A DNA stretch of 64,000 nucleotides from a virus (IMGVR_UViG_3300045004_000084); one strand, 5' to 3'. Shown: positions 37,686-46,352, counted from the first letter of the stretch. Numbers and translations are program-made. The notes: generated from the sequence alone by a model not told the origin.

Positions 37686-38048
37686 TTATCTCCCCACCTC
37701 TGAGGTACCCGGCCGCGTCGGAATGCGACCTTTCGGTTCCGCCCATTCCATAAGCACCTTCACAATAGTGCCGTCCGTCGAGATGATTTCCCGTCGGACG
37801 AGCTGGATGCACGCACGGTTGGCGATCCGATCGCGTATATCCTGGTAAGCCTCCATGTCCGTCGGCTCGAGCAGGTCGAATATCCGTACCTGGACATCCA
37901 CCTCGACAGGGATGTTGCGGTACTCCTCGTCCCGCATGTTGGGCATCATGCCCGGGTTCTTGATGGGGAACCCATGGTGGGTCGCCGCCCGCTGATCGCG
38001 GTACTTGGGACTCACGCCCCGCCCACCGAAATGACTCAAGATGTCCAT
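37686..38048 (-). CDS. Small protein (about 120 aa), unknown
   Basis: Track ORF 37686..38102 trimmed to MDILSHF... so that it abuts the upstream gene's end at 38050. Confidence 0.4.
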   Translation of the reverse strand: MDILSHFGGRGVSPKYRDQRAATHHGFPIKNPGMMPNMRDEEYRNIPVEVDVQVRIFDLLEPTDMEAYQDIRDRIANRACIQLVRREIISTDGTIVKVLMEWAEPKGRIPTRPGTSEVGR

Positions 38049-38049
38049 C

Positions 38050-38508
38050 TCAACCCCCAATGGAACTCTGAGCTGCCCGGAGCTGCTTGATCCGCCGGGC
38101 ACGATCGGTCAGTCGCTGGATCTCGGACAGCTCCTCGTCCGTCTTGGCCTCCTCGACGGTGAGGGGGTCCTTCTTGGCGTCGGCCAGAATCTTGCCGCCG
38201 AGGATACCGGCGGCGGCCGGCACAGCCAAGCCGGTGATCGTGAGGAACTTGCCCATGCCGACCGGGTCCCTGTCGAAAACATGGCCGAGCATGGAGCCGC
38301 CACCGGCACCGAGCGGGCCGCCAACCGCGCCGCCAGCGACACCGCCGACGGTTGCACCGGGTCCGATATTGAAGCCGAACAGCGCACGTTTCTCGCGGCG
38401 GACCTTCGCCAGCGCCGTCTTCACCCGCTGGTGGGTCTGCTCGACGTCGAGTCCCTCGTCGGCACACCTCATAAGGAAGGCGACTTTGAACGCTTCGATC
38501 GGGCTCAC
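38050..38508 (-). CDS. Small glycine-zipper protein (152 aa) with an amphipathic N-terminus
   Basis: GPGATVGGVAGGAVGGPLGAGGGS and AVPAAAGILGG motifs. Confidence 0.4.
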   Translation of the reverse strand: MSPIEAFKVAFLMRCADEGLDVEQTHQRVKTALAKVRREKRALFGFNIGPGATVGGVAGGAVGGPLGAGGGSMLGHVFDRDPVGMGKFLTITGLAVPAAAGILGGKILADAKKDPLTVEEAKTDEELSEIQRLTDRARRIKQLRAAQSSIGG

Positions 38509-38518
38509 GGCGTCCTCC

Positions 38519-38926
38519 TCAGTCGATCCCGCCGGGGACGTAGACGCCGCCCGGGGTGTAGTGGTTGGGGTCTTTGTGGTGGTTGTAGGCCCCGCTCATC
38601 GAGACCTTGACCTTCTTGCGGAGCTGGGCCTGCTGGCGGGCCACTTCGGGGTCCAGAGGGCAGCCCTGTTTCTCTGCCTCCTGCGCGCAGAGCACGCAGT
38701 GGACGGCGCCCTGGAACATCTCCCGGATCTCGTCCTTGTACTTCCAGCCCTCGTTCTTCATCTTCTGGGCGTCGGCGGCGAATGCGCGGCCTCGGAGACG
38801 AAGCTCCATCGGGGAGACGTCCTTCTCCTCGCCGGTCTCCTCGTTGATCATCCGGCACATGCCGTTGACCGCGAAGAAAACGAGCTTCCTGAACCGGTAG
38901 CGGGTGCCTTCTTTGTTGTCGGACAT
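38519..38926 (-). CDS. Small Cys-containing protein (about 135 aa), unknown
   Basis: Track ORF trimmed to MSDNKEG..., which has an AAGGA RBS about 8 nt upstream. Confidence 0.4.
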   Translation of the reverse strand: MSDNKEGTRYRFRKLVFFAVNGMCRMINEETGEEKDVSPMELRLRGRAFAADAQKMKNEGWKYKDEIREMFQGAVHCVLCAQEAEKQGCPLDPEVARQQAQLRKKVKVSMSGAYNHHKDPNHYTPGGVYVPGGID

Positions 38927-39011
38927 GCCGGCATCCTTGCTCAAAAGGGAGCGGGCATTCCGTGCCCGCAGTTCACAGCTTACCGAAGTCAACCCCGTCT
39001 GTCACGGCCGG

Positions 39012-40091
39012 TCAGTTCCCGAACAGACCAGGCACCACGGCCTTCAAAGCGCCGGCGAACGCGCCGGTCTGCTGAAGCCGCTTCTGGGCCTGCGGAGTCA
39101 GCCCAGCCAGAGCCCCCAACACCTTGCCGCCGAGATACGCCTGAGACAGCCCGGCGCCCATACCAATGCCGATGCGGGCCAGGTCGTACGGCGAGATGAT
39201 GCCCAAACCGCCTCGGGCCTGGTTGGCCGCCTCGGTCATACCGACCGTCGCAGCCTGGAGCTGCGGAGTGGCGAACGGGTCAACGAGCACGGCCCGATTG
39301 AACAGGTCGACGGGGATCGACGGCATGAACAGCCCCCCGCCCTCACCGATCGCCGCCTTGACGAATTCGGACTCCGGGTTGCATTCCGGTGCTGCCTTTT
39401 CCAGACCCTCGGCCGCCGCTCGGAGGAACTGGCCCTGCTTGAAATTGCCGGGGTCGAGATCGGCGGCCATGCCGGCCGGCGGTTGGTCTGGCTCCTTGCT
39501 GAACAGACCGTTGGGCTTGAGCCATGCGCCGAATGCCGACGTTCCCGGTTCGCGATTCCGCATGGCCTCGGTCCCGAGCCACAGCCCGGGAACCGAGCCG
39601 AGAGCCCCGCCGAGCAGGGCTGTCACCTTACGCAGGCGGCCGCGCCGGATCACGTCTTCGGGCAGCAGATTCTCGGCGACGCGGCCTCCGAGGTAGCCCA
39701 GACCGGCACCGAGAAGGCCGCCGCCGATTGTGCCGGCCAACGGAGTGGCTCCACCAAACGGGGCATTGAGCTTAGACGGAGCGAGATTCGTCGCCTGCAG
39801 TATCGGCTTGAAGATCGACTTAGTGCTCCACGCCGCCGACTTGATTGGCACCCATGGTTCGTCCGGGTCGAGTGGTCGAGACTGAACGATGCACTCGATC
39901 CCGGCCTCGGCGAGCTTTGTAGCTGCGCCAACACTTTTGGTGACGAGCCGTCCAGACTCAGGCTGGAGATAAACCCACGAAGGGTCTTCGCCGAGTGCAG
40001 CGGCCACCTTGATGTACGTCGGAGCGGCCATATCTGCGAGACGGATCGCCTCGGTCGGGACGAACCGCCAGAGCATCAATTCCGTGTTCAC
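39012..40091 (-). CDS. Glycine-zipper virion protein (359 aa), unknown
   Basis: Multiple GxxxG runs (TIGGGLLGAGLGYLGG; IGIGMGAGLSQAYLGG). Confidence 0.45.
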   Translation of the reverse strand: MNTELMLWRFVPTEAIRLADMAAPTYIKVAAALGEDPSWVYLQPESGRLVTKSVGAATKLAEAGIECIVQSRPLDPDEPWVPIKSAAWSTKSIFKPILQATNLAPSKLNAPFGGATPLAGTIGGGLLGAGLGYLGGRVAENLLPEDVIRRGRLRKVTALLGGALGSVPGLWLGTEAMRNREPGTSAFGAWLKPNGLFSKEPDQPPAGMAADLDPGNFKQGQFLRAAAEGLEKAAPECNPESEFVKAAIGEGGGLFMPSIPVDLFNRAVLVDPFATPQLQAATVGMTEAANQARGGLGIISPYDLARIGIGMGAGLSQAYLGGKVLGALAGLTPQAQKRLQQTGAFAGALKAVVPGLFGN

Positions 40092-42043
40092 GGCCCCTCC
40101 GGCGGTTTCTCGAAAGCCTTGTGGTAGAGCTGGCGACCGGCCTCGTCGGCCTTCAATGTCGCCAAGTCGGTGACGCCAACGCGGTCGGTTACCTTGCGGA
40201 CCGCGTCGGCCGACGACAGGGTTTTTTCGGCAGCCGAACCAGCTAATTCTCGGGTCGGCGGCCGATGTTCACGAGCCTTATTGATCGCCGGCATAGCATA
40301 CGGGCCAGCCCTCATGAGATAGTCGGCGCCCTGCGGGCCGACAACCGAGGTAAGCAGAGCCCGGCGGCTGTCCGGGTTATTCCACAACGCCGGCTCGGCA
40401 GTCTCGGCCAGAGTCTTGAGAATCGGACTGTCGAACACCGCTTCGGGGTTATGCAGCACGTCGACACCAACCTGCTTGGCGGTCTCGTAGGCCACGTCCG
40501 GAGCACCCTCACCGAGGTTGTGCATGACGTTGCCGATGACCGTCTGCTTAGCCAAGTTGGCCGGAGTGGGAACGAACTTGCTCGGCGACCGGGTGAACAA
40601 GTCGGTCGCCTTATCGATCTTCGGCCTCTTGATTTCGACGCCGACCATCTTGGGCTTCGGCAGCATCATGACTGTGTTCTTGACGAACCGGAAAGGAGCC
40701 CTGCCGATCGGCGTGTCGTCGCCGCCCATAGACGCCGGCGCAAGCGTCTGATGCAGCAGCTTCGGCTGGGCCTTCATGACTCTCCACCACTGGCGGTTGA
40801 TAGCGTCCTCGTCTGTGACGCCGGCCGAGCGCAAATCCGCCTCGACTCGGTCTGGCGCAACCCGCGCACCGCGATAGCCGCTGTACGCCCCTAGTCCTCC
40901 GTAAGTGAGCTTGTTGGCATGACGACCGAGACGAGGGCTGAACGTCTGCAGCAGCGGACGCACCGGATTGCTGGTGAGAATGTTCTTTCCGGCGCGCAGA
41001 GCCACGGCCGTGACGTGGCCGGCCCTGCCCATGTCGTCGAGCGAGCGCATCGCCCGTGTGCCCACTCTATTAAGAGGGTTGAGGCGACCGAGCGTGCCCG
41101 GGATGGAGACCGGACTGCCGGTGCGGTTCAACAGGCCAACACCCTGTAGGTTGCCGCCCTGGCCGAACCCGGCCCAGTTCTTCATGAAGTTGACGGGGGC
41201 CTTGACGACTGCCTTACCGGCGCCCAACGTCGCGTCACGAGCCCGAGCCGACAGTGTCCTCGAGACGGCGGGTGCCGGCGGCACGGGAATAGGGGGCTTC
41301 GGAACGATCGGCAGCTTCTGGGCCGCTCCAGACCTGCCAAAAAGAGCCCCTATCAGGCGGTTAGCCGCCTTCTCGATCGGATCCGTCTTGAGGCGAGGTA
41401 CGACCACATCCGTAGGCAGCATCCGCCCCGGCATGTGGATCCGGAATTGCGTGGGTGAGTGTGTCAGCCCGACGATCCCGTCGGGCTGTTCGCTGTCGAT
41501 CACGAAATCGTTGGGGCTCTTCGAGATCAGTTGGCGCAGAATTGCGTGCTTACGCAGGTAGTGTTTCCGATCGCTGTACATCTTCGCCAGCAGCAACTGG
41601 GGAAGTGCGGAAGAAGCGGCGCGTTTTTCCTCTAATACGCCGCCGTACTTCTCGTTTTCGGAATTTTCCCGATTTTCTTCCTTCTTGTTTTTCCCCACCC
41701 CGACGTAGTCGAGCAGCTTGCCGCTGCCGACCCAACCGAGACCAGCACCGCCGAGGGCCGCGAGGATTGTCGGCCAGTCGGGTTCGCCGTCTTTCGGCAT
41801 CATGGCCTTGCCGGCGAACAGACCGCCGGCCCCGGCCGACAAACCCTGCAACAAGCCACGGAGTTTATGCTGCGCCGACGCCGCTCGAGCGACGCCGATG
41901 GCGGACACGCCCGGAATGTTGGTCGGATTCTCCTCGCCGCTGGCGAGTCCGTAGTCCGGGTCGTTGACGCCGTAAACCGGCAGACCGGCTGTCCGGTCCG
42001 TCAGCGGACGGGCCACAAAAGCTGGAGCGGACGTCTTGTCCAT
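40088..42043 (-). CDS. Large virion-block protein (651 aa) with Gly-zipper and Pro-rich segments. First gene of the minus-strand block
   Basis: Long ORF. ATGA overlap with the downstream gene. Promoter-like element upstream (see next feature). Confidence 0.5.
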   Translation of the reverse strand: MDKTSAPAFVARPLTDRTAGLPVYGVNDPDYGLASGEENPTNIPGVSAIGVARAASAQHKLRGLLQGLSAGAGGLFAGKAMMPKDGEPDWPTILAALGGAGLGWVGSGKLLDYVGVGKNKKEENRENSENEKYGGVLEEKRAASSALPQLLLAKMYSDRKHYLRKHAILRQLISKSPNDFVIDSEQPDGIVGLTHSPTQFRIHMPGRMLPTDVVVPRLKTDPIEKAANRLIGALFGRSGAAQKLPIVPKPPIPVPPAPAVSRTLSARARDATLGAGKAVVKAPVNFMKNWAGFGQGGNLQGVGLLNRTGSPVSIPGTLGRLNPLNRVGTRAMRSLDDMGRAGHVTAVALRAGKNILTSNPVRPLLQTFSPRLGRHANKLTYGGLGAYSGYRGARVAPDRVEADLRSAGVTDEDAINRQWWRVMKAQPKLLHQTLAPASMGGDDTPIGRAPFRFVKNTVMMLPKPKMVGVEIKRPKIDKATDLFTRSPSKFVPTPANLAKQTVIGNVMHNLGEGAPDVAYETAKQVGVDVLHNPEAVFDSPILKTLAETAEPALWNNPDSRRALLTSVVGPQGADYLMRAGPYAMPAINKAREHRPPTRELAGSAAEKTLSSADAVRKVTDRVGVTDLATLKADEAGRQLYHKAFEKPPEGP

Positions 42044-42084
42044 TTTCGGCCTTCTCCTGGCCCAGATCGAAGTACGCGATTAAC

Positions 42085-42113
42085 ATCATACCCCGACACC
42101 GCCAGGGTGTTAA
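42085..42113 (-). promoter_or_regulatory. Sigma70-like promoter for the minus-strand block: TTAACA - 17 bp - TATGAT
   Basis: Minus-strand sequence cgtcTTAACAccctggcggtgtcggggTATGATgttaatcg. It is about 40 nt upstream of the ATG at 42043, and an AGGAGAAGG RBS lies in between. Confidence 0.35.
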
Positions 42114-42134
42114 GACGGGATCACCTTCCGTGAT

Positions 42135-42162
42135 TGCCGGCACGCCGTTGAGTTGGTAGAAT
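42135..42162 (+). promoter_or_regulatory. Sigma70-like promoter for the RNR gene: TTGCCG - 16 bp - TGgTAGAAT (extended -10)
   Basis: Plus-strand sequence aTTGCCGgcacgccgttgagtTGgTAGAATgacc, about 75 nt upstream of the ATG at 42237. It is divergent from the minus-strand promoter, back to back. Confidence 0.4.
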
Positions 42163-42236
42163 GACCACTTGCCGAGACCGGTTAGGTTGGCCGGTCAACA
42201 CTTCTGTCGGGACATGACGATCAGTCAGAGGGAGTT

Positions 42237-44522
42237 TTGCCCATGAGTGCTACTACGCGCTCCGTGGGTGGTGACGCTGTTGTCGCCACCCGTACCCTGG
42301 TGGTCAAGAGGGACGGCCGCAAAGTGCCGTTCGACTCCACCAAGATCAGAAGCGCCGTGGCGCGCTGTCTGATGAACGGAGTTAAGTTCTCAGAGGCCGA
42401 CGCATTCGGCGTCGGCAAGGACATCGCGGACGCGGTCGCCAAGATCGTGGCCCGCCGCGCCGAACGGGAGATGGGCGTCGAGGACGTCCAGCAGCTCGTG
42501 ATCCAGCAGCTCTGGGCGGCCGACTTCTTCAAGGCCGCCGAGCACTACACGATCTACCGGGAAAATCGGCGGGTGGCACGCGAGTCGCGACCCATCAACC
42601 CCGAACTCGAACGTCGAGTCCAAGAAGACGCGAAGCACTTCCCGAACCCGATCCAGTACTACCAGTTCATCTCCAAGTTCGCGCGGTGGCGCGAAGAAGA
42701 AGGCCGCCGAGAGACGTGGCGGGAAGCCTGCACCCGCGTGATGGACTTCTTCAAACGGCAGCCGCAACTGTCGGCCGTAGTTACCGATGACGAGTGGTAC
42801 GAGCTCGACACCTACCTGTACGAACAGAAGGCGAGCTGCGCCATGCGCGTCCTGCAGATGGCCGGGCCGGCGCTCGACCGCTGCAACGTCGGCGTCTACA
42901 ACTGCTCGTACCTGCCGATCGTGGACTGGTTCTCGTTCGCCGAGTTGCTCTACATCCTCATGCAAGGCACCGGGGCCGGATTCTCGGTCGAGGTCGATTA
43001 CGTCGAACAGCTCCCTCGCATCCGCCGCCAGCGGAAGGGCGCCCCCAAACACCACTTCCAGATCGAAGACAGCACCGAGGGTTGGTGCGACGCGCTGTTC
43101 TTCGGCCTGCAGAAGTGGTCGATGGGCGAGGACGTGGAGTTCGACTACTCGCTCGTCCGTCCCGAAGGCGCGCGGCTGAAAACCAAAGGCGGGCGAGCCA
43201 GTGGCCCCGAACCGCTCAAGACGCTGCTCGAGTTCGCCCGCAAGCTCGTCCTGAGCCGCCAGGGCACTTACATGACCGACCTCGATTGCCACGACCTGGC
43301 CTGCATGACCGGCAAGATCGTGCAAGTGGGCGGCGTACGTCGGGCCAGCCTGATCTCGCTGTCGGACCTCGACAGCAAGAACATGCGGGACTGCAAGAGC
43401 GGCAACTGGTGGCAGAACGACCTGCACCGCATGATGGCAAACAACTCGGCGGTGTACAACGAGAAGCCGAGCGCTATCCAGTTCATGGAAGAGTGGTTGG
43501 CCCTCGCGAAGTCGGGGACCGGCGAGCGCGGCATCTTCAACCGCAGCGGCGTCGAACGTATGCTGCCCAAGCGGCGGAAGAAGCACCGGTTCGGGTGCAA
43601 CCCGTGCGCGGAAATCATCCTCCGCGCCTACCAGTTCTGCAACCTGACGATCGCCGTGGCCCGCCACGACGACACACCGGAGACGCTCAAGAAGAAGGTC
43701 CGCATCGCCGCCATCTTCGGCACGCTACAAGCCAGCCTCACCAACTTCAAGTACATCCGCGAGGACTGGAAGAAGAACTGCGAAGAAGAGGCGCTGCTCG
43801 GCGTCGACATCACCGGGCACATGGACTGTCCGCTCCTGCGACCGGGAGCCCCCGGTCGAGAGGCACTGATGCAAGAGTTCAAGGCAATCGTGGCCGAGGT
43901 CAACTCGGTTTGGGCCGACCGCATCGGCATCAACCGCTCGGCCAGCGACACCTGCATCAAGCCGTCGGGCGACAGCTCGGCGTTCTTCTGGTGCGGCAGC
44001 GGGATCCACGCCTGGTTCAACGACTTCTTCATCCGTCGCACCCGAGAGAAGGGCGACAGCCCGGTGGCGAAGATGCTGAAGGACGCCGGTGTGCCGTGGA
44101 TCCCGGCGCCGGAGGACGCCTCACTGGTCGCGTTCGAATGGCCCTGCAAGCCGGCCGGTGAAGGAGCCCCGACCCGGAAGGACATGTCCGCGATCGAGCA
44201 GTTGGAGAACTGGCTGTCGTGGAAGAAGAACTTCGCCGAGCACTCGGTGAGCTGCACCGTCTACATCGAGCCGCACGAGTGGTTCGCCGCCGGGCAGTGG
44301 GTGTACGAGCACTTCGACGACATCTCGGGCATCAGCTTCCTGCCCCGGGACAACGGGAAGTACACCGGAACTCCGTACGAGGACATGACGAAGGCCGAGT
44401 ACGAAAAGCGACTGGAGGAGTTCCCGGAGATCAACTGGGCCAAGCTGATGCGCTACGAAACCGAGGACGGCACCGAGAGCGGCCGGACGTTCGCCTGCGG
44501 GGCCAACGGCTGCGAGCTGTGA
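42237..44522 (+). CDS. Ribonucleotide reductase catalytic subunit with an N-terminal ATP-cone. Probably class II (adenosylcobalamin-dependent, NrdJ-like), because no small-subunit gene is adjacent
   Basis: ATP-cone signature 'VVKRDGRKVPFDSTKIRSAVARC'. Active-site region 'GCNPCAEIIL' (the N-P-C-x-E motif of RNRs). C-terminal redox Cys pair 'CGANGCEL'. Confidence 0.85.
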   Translation: MPMSATTRSVGGDAVVATRTLVVKRDGRKVPFDSTKIRSAVARCLMNGVKFSEADAFGVGKDIADAVAKIVARRAEREMGVEDVQQLVIQQLWAADFFKAAEHYTIYRENRRVARESRPINPELERRVQEDAKHFPNPIQYYQFISKFARWREEEGRRETWREACTRVMDFFKRQPQLSAVVTDDEWYELDTYLYEQKASCAMRVLQMAGPALDRCNVGVYNCSYLPIVDWFSFAELLYILMQGTGAGFSVEVDYVEQLPRIRRQRKGAPKHHFQIEDSTEGWCDALFFGLQKWSMGEDVEFDYSLVRPEGARLKTKGGRASGPEPLKTLLEFARKLVLSRQGTYMTDLDCHDLACMTGKIVQVGGVRRASLISLSDLDSKNMRDCKSGNWWQNDLHRMMANNSAVYNEKPSAIQFMEEWLALAKSGTGERGIFNRSGVERMLPKRRKKHRFGCNPCAEIILRAYQFCNLTIAVARHDDTPETLKKKVRIAAIFGTLQASLTNFKYIREDWKKNCEEEALLGVDITGHMDCPLLRPGAPGREALMQEFKAIVAEVNSVWADRIGINRSASDTCIKPSGDSSAFFWCGSGIHAWFNDFFIRRTREKGDSPVAKMLKDAGVPWIPAPEDASLVAFEWPCKPAGEGAPTRKDMSAIEQLENWLSWKKNFAEHSVSCTVYIEPHEWFAAGQWVYEHFDDISGISFLPRDNGKYTGTPYEDMTKAEYEKRLEEFPEINWAKLMRYETEDGTESGRTFACGANGCEL

Positions 44523-44551
44523 TCGTCTGATGGCTAAAGAAAAGCCGGGCG

Positions 44552-44575
44552 GCCCGGGGAGCGATCCCCGGGCCG
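44552..44575. terminator. Bidirectional intrinsic terminator hairpin between convergent genes (RNR and the 44614-45018 gene)
   Basis: ggcccgggg-agcgat-ccccgggcc forms a 9-bp GC stem. On the minus strand it is followed by GCTTTTCTTTAG, and on the plus strand by GTTCGCTTTG. Confidence 0.5.
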
Positions 44576-44613
44576 TTCGCTTTGCCAGTCACCAGTACCT
44601 TCCTCCAGCATGA

Positions 44614-45018
44614 TTAAGCAGTTTCGGGCGGATTGTTGACGGCGGCCATGTGCATCTCGAACAGTTCCTGGTGGCTGTAGTACCGGCCGTCGATCTCGAA
44701 CCCCATCCGATTGTCGCCGGGAATCTCCGGGATCTCGTAGTCTTCGCACCCGGACAGGCACGAGTCGTCGGACTCGTGGAAATGGGCGAACACCGTGGCG
44801 CGATCGTGACACTCGTGGAACTTCTTGCCGAAGTCCTGGCCGTCCACGTCGCCCCATTCGATCAGCTTGGCCTTCGGCACCAGGAACCGGACGGGCACCA
44901 GGCAGTTCATGCCCTTGATGGTGCGCCACCGCTGTTGCAGCGCCTCCCACTCGTTGTCGGTCAGATCGGCGATCCAGTGACGGTAACCGTACTCTTCTTC
45001 GATGAACAGGACCGGCAT
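44614..45018 (-). CDS. Small His/Cys-containing protein (134 aa), unknown
   Basis: ORF with protein-like composition (HECHDRATVFAHFHESDDSC). Confidence 0.45.
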   Translation of the reverse strand: MPVLFIEEEYGYRHWIADLTDNEWEALQQRWRTIKGMNCLVPVRFLVPKAKLIEWGDVDGQDFGKKFHECHDRATVFAHFHESDDSCLSGCEDYEIPEIPGDNRMGFEIDGRYYSHQELFEMHMAAVNNPPETA

Positions 45019-45042
45019 AGCCGTCTCCTTCGGATTGGAGTC

Positions 45043-45088
45043 CGAGTTAAGAAAAGAGAAAAGACCCGGGCACTCAGTGCCCGGGTCT
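45043..45088 (-). terminator. Intrinsic terminator (minus strand) between 45142-45612 and 44614-45018
   Basis: agacccgggcac-tca-gtgcccgggtct forms a 12-bp stem. The minus-strand tail is TTTCTCTTTTCTT. Confidence 0.55.
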
Positions 45089-45141
45089 TAGGAGTCAGAC
45101 CGGCGTAGAGCATCGTTGACTGCCCCGTTGCCGGCTTCTGG

Positions 45142-45612
45142 TCAGAACCAGGTACGGTGTGCCTCAGCCACCCGTTCCCGACCGTCGTAGTCCTCGATGT
45201 AGAACTCGACGTCGTCGGGGATCTCGACGACCTTCAGCTCCCCGTTGTAGCAGCCGTGGGCCGCCTTGCCCCCCAAACTCTCGACCGCAAAGACCAAATC
45301 CGGGTCGTCCCGGTCGGCCGCCCATTCATCCACTTCGCGCGGCAGGCAGCCCTTGAGAGCCGCGATCAACTCAACCGCCTTACGGCTCAGGCAGAACCCG
45401 CCGTAGTAGCGGTTGATCACCACCTTCCGGACCCCGTTGTGCGGGTTGCTCGGGGACAGGATCGGCGGCGGCCAGTAGAAGTCGTCGTAGTAGTCCGCCA
45501 TGTTCTGGCGGACGTTCCGGCGGATCCGCCGGTTGAGCTCCGCCTTCACCCGGACATCCCACAGCATCTGCATCTTGTAGCTGGGGCGGGCGGCTTGGCT
45601 GTGCTTGGGCAT
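45142..45612 (-). CDS. Protein of unknown function (156 aa)
   Basis: ORF with protein-like composition (Tyr/Asp/Trp-rich) and a weak GAGG RBS. Confidence 0.45.
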   Translation of the reverse strand: MPKHSQAARPSYKMQMLWDVRVKAELNRRIRRNVRQNMADYYDDFYWPPPILSPSNPHNGVRKVVINRYYGGFCLSRKAVELIAALKGCLPREVDEWAADRDDPDLVFAVESLGGKAAHGCYNGELKVVEIPDDVEFYIEDYDGRERVAEAHRTWF

Positions 45613-45639
45613 TTCTAACCTCGTGAGTTAGGTAAATGA

Positions 45640-45681
45640 TCAGACATTAACCGTGTGGATTCAGACATTAACCGTGTGGAT
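45640..45681. repeat. Perfect 21-bp tandem duplication (tcagacattaaccgtgtggat x2) that duplicates the last 6 codons plus stop of the TIGR02996-like gene
   Basis: Units at 45640-45660 and 45661-45681 are identical. The stop codon of the gene (45661-45663) lies at the junction. Confidence 0.9.
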
Positions 45682-46263
45682 GTTGACCGCGTGGTTGTAC
45701 ACGATCAACGGCAACTCGTTGTCGTTCTCCCTCTTCGGTACTCCGGCCACGACGAACGGGGCCAGAACAATTTCGCACCCGAGGGAGCGCAGGCGTACGC
45801 CCAGGGCGTTGGCCTCATCGCACAACATGGGGCGCTGAATCGACTCGTCCGGCCCCGAGTTCTTGCGCGGCATCAGCACCCGAAACGTGAACGGATGACC
45901 GTCTAATTTCAGAGCGGTCAAGGCAATTCGGCGGGGCAAGTTCTCGACCGCGTACACGCTCTCGCCCAGCCCCCATCCAGTGGCGTCGCGTATCGCCCTG
46001 ATGACGGGAACCTTGGCGTGTGAGGGCCATCTCACCAGCGTAACGGCGTAGCTGCCCATGACTGCACCGAGCCAGCCGGGCGGGAGTGTCGTCAGCCCGG
46101 CCGACACGAGAGCCATGTCGTTTCGGATCCGGACCGCTGCCCGCACGAACGCGGCCTTTTCAGGCTGTGCGTGCTCGTCCAGCCAGTCGGCGTACACGAG
46201 CCGGCAGGCGTCGTCGCCAGGCTCTTCCGCAATCGACGCCAGGAAAATGTCTTCTTCGTTCAC
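45661..46263 (-). CDS. Protein with an N-terminal TIGR02996-type 'repeat-companion' domain (…IFLASIAEEPGDDACRLVYADWLDEHAQP…), about 200 aa
   Basis: Start set at a GTG (VVNEEDIFLAS...) that has an AGGAGGGG RBS 6 nt upstream. The longer track ORF upstream of that is Arg-rich junk. The 'LVYADWLEE' signature is characteristic of Gemmata/Myxococcus family proteins. Confidence 0.55.
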   Translation of the reverse strand: MNEEDIFLASIAEEPGDDACRLVYADWLDEHAQPEKAAFVRAAVRIRNDMALVSAGLTTLPPGWLGAVMGSYAVTLVRWPSHAKVPVIRAIRDATGWGLGESVYAVENLPRRIALTALKLDGHPFTFRVLMPRKNSGPDESIQRPMLCDEANALGVRLRSLGCEIVLAPFVVAGVPKRENDNELPLIVYNHAVNIHTVNV

Positions 46264-46283
46264 CACGGCAGTCCCCTCCTGTC

Positions 46284-46325
46284 GGGTAAACAAAAGGGCC
46301 GATCCCACCCGACGGGGATCGGCCC
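46284..46325 (-). terminator. Intrinsic terminator (minus strand) after the 46353-47138 gene
   Basis: gggccgatccc-acccgacg-gggatcggccc forms an 11-bp stem. The minus-strand tail is TTTTGTTTAC. Confidence 0.5.
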
Positions 46326-46352
46326 TGTTATGATCATCCCCGAGCGCCGGTC

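Noticed and set aside
42044-42236. tRNA or other small RNA gene in the 193-bp strand-switch gap, and in the other intergenic gaps of 100 bp or more
   Set aside because: No cloverleaf-compatible GTTC-loop or anticodon-arm pattern was found by eye. The gaps are better explained by promoters and terminators. This cannot be fully excluded without tRNAscan or Infernal.
42237-44522. Class I (NrdA) assignment for the RNR, or an intein insertion
   Set aside because: No NrdB-like small subunit is adjacent and the length (761 aa) is ordinary with no intein-sized insertion. Class II is favoured but not proven from sequence alone.
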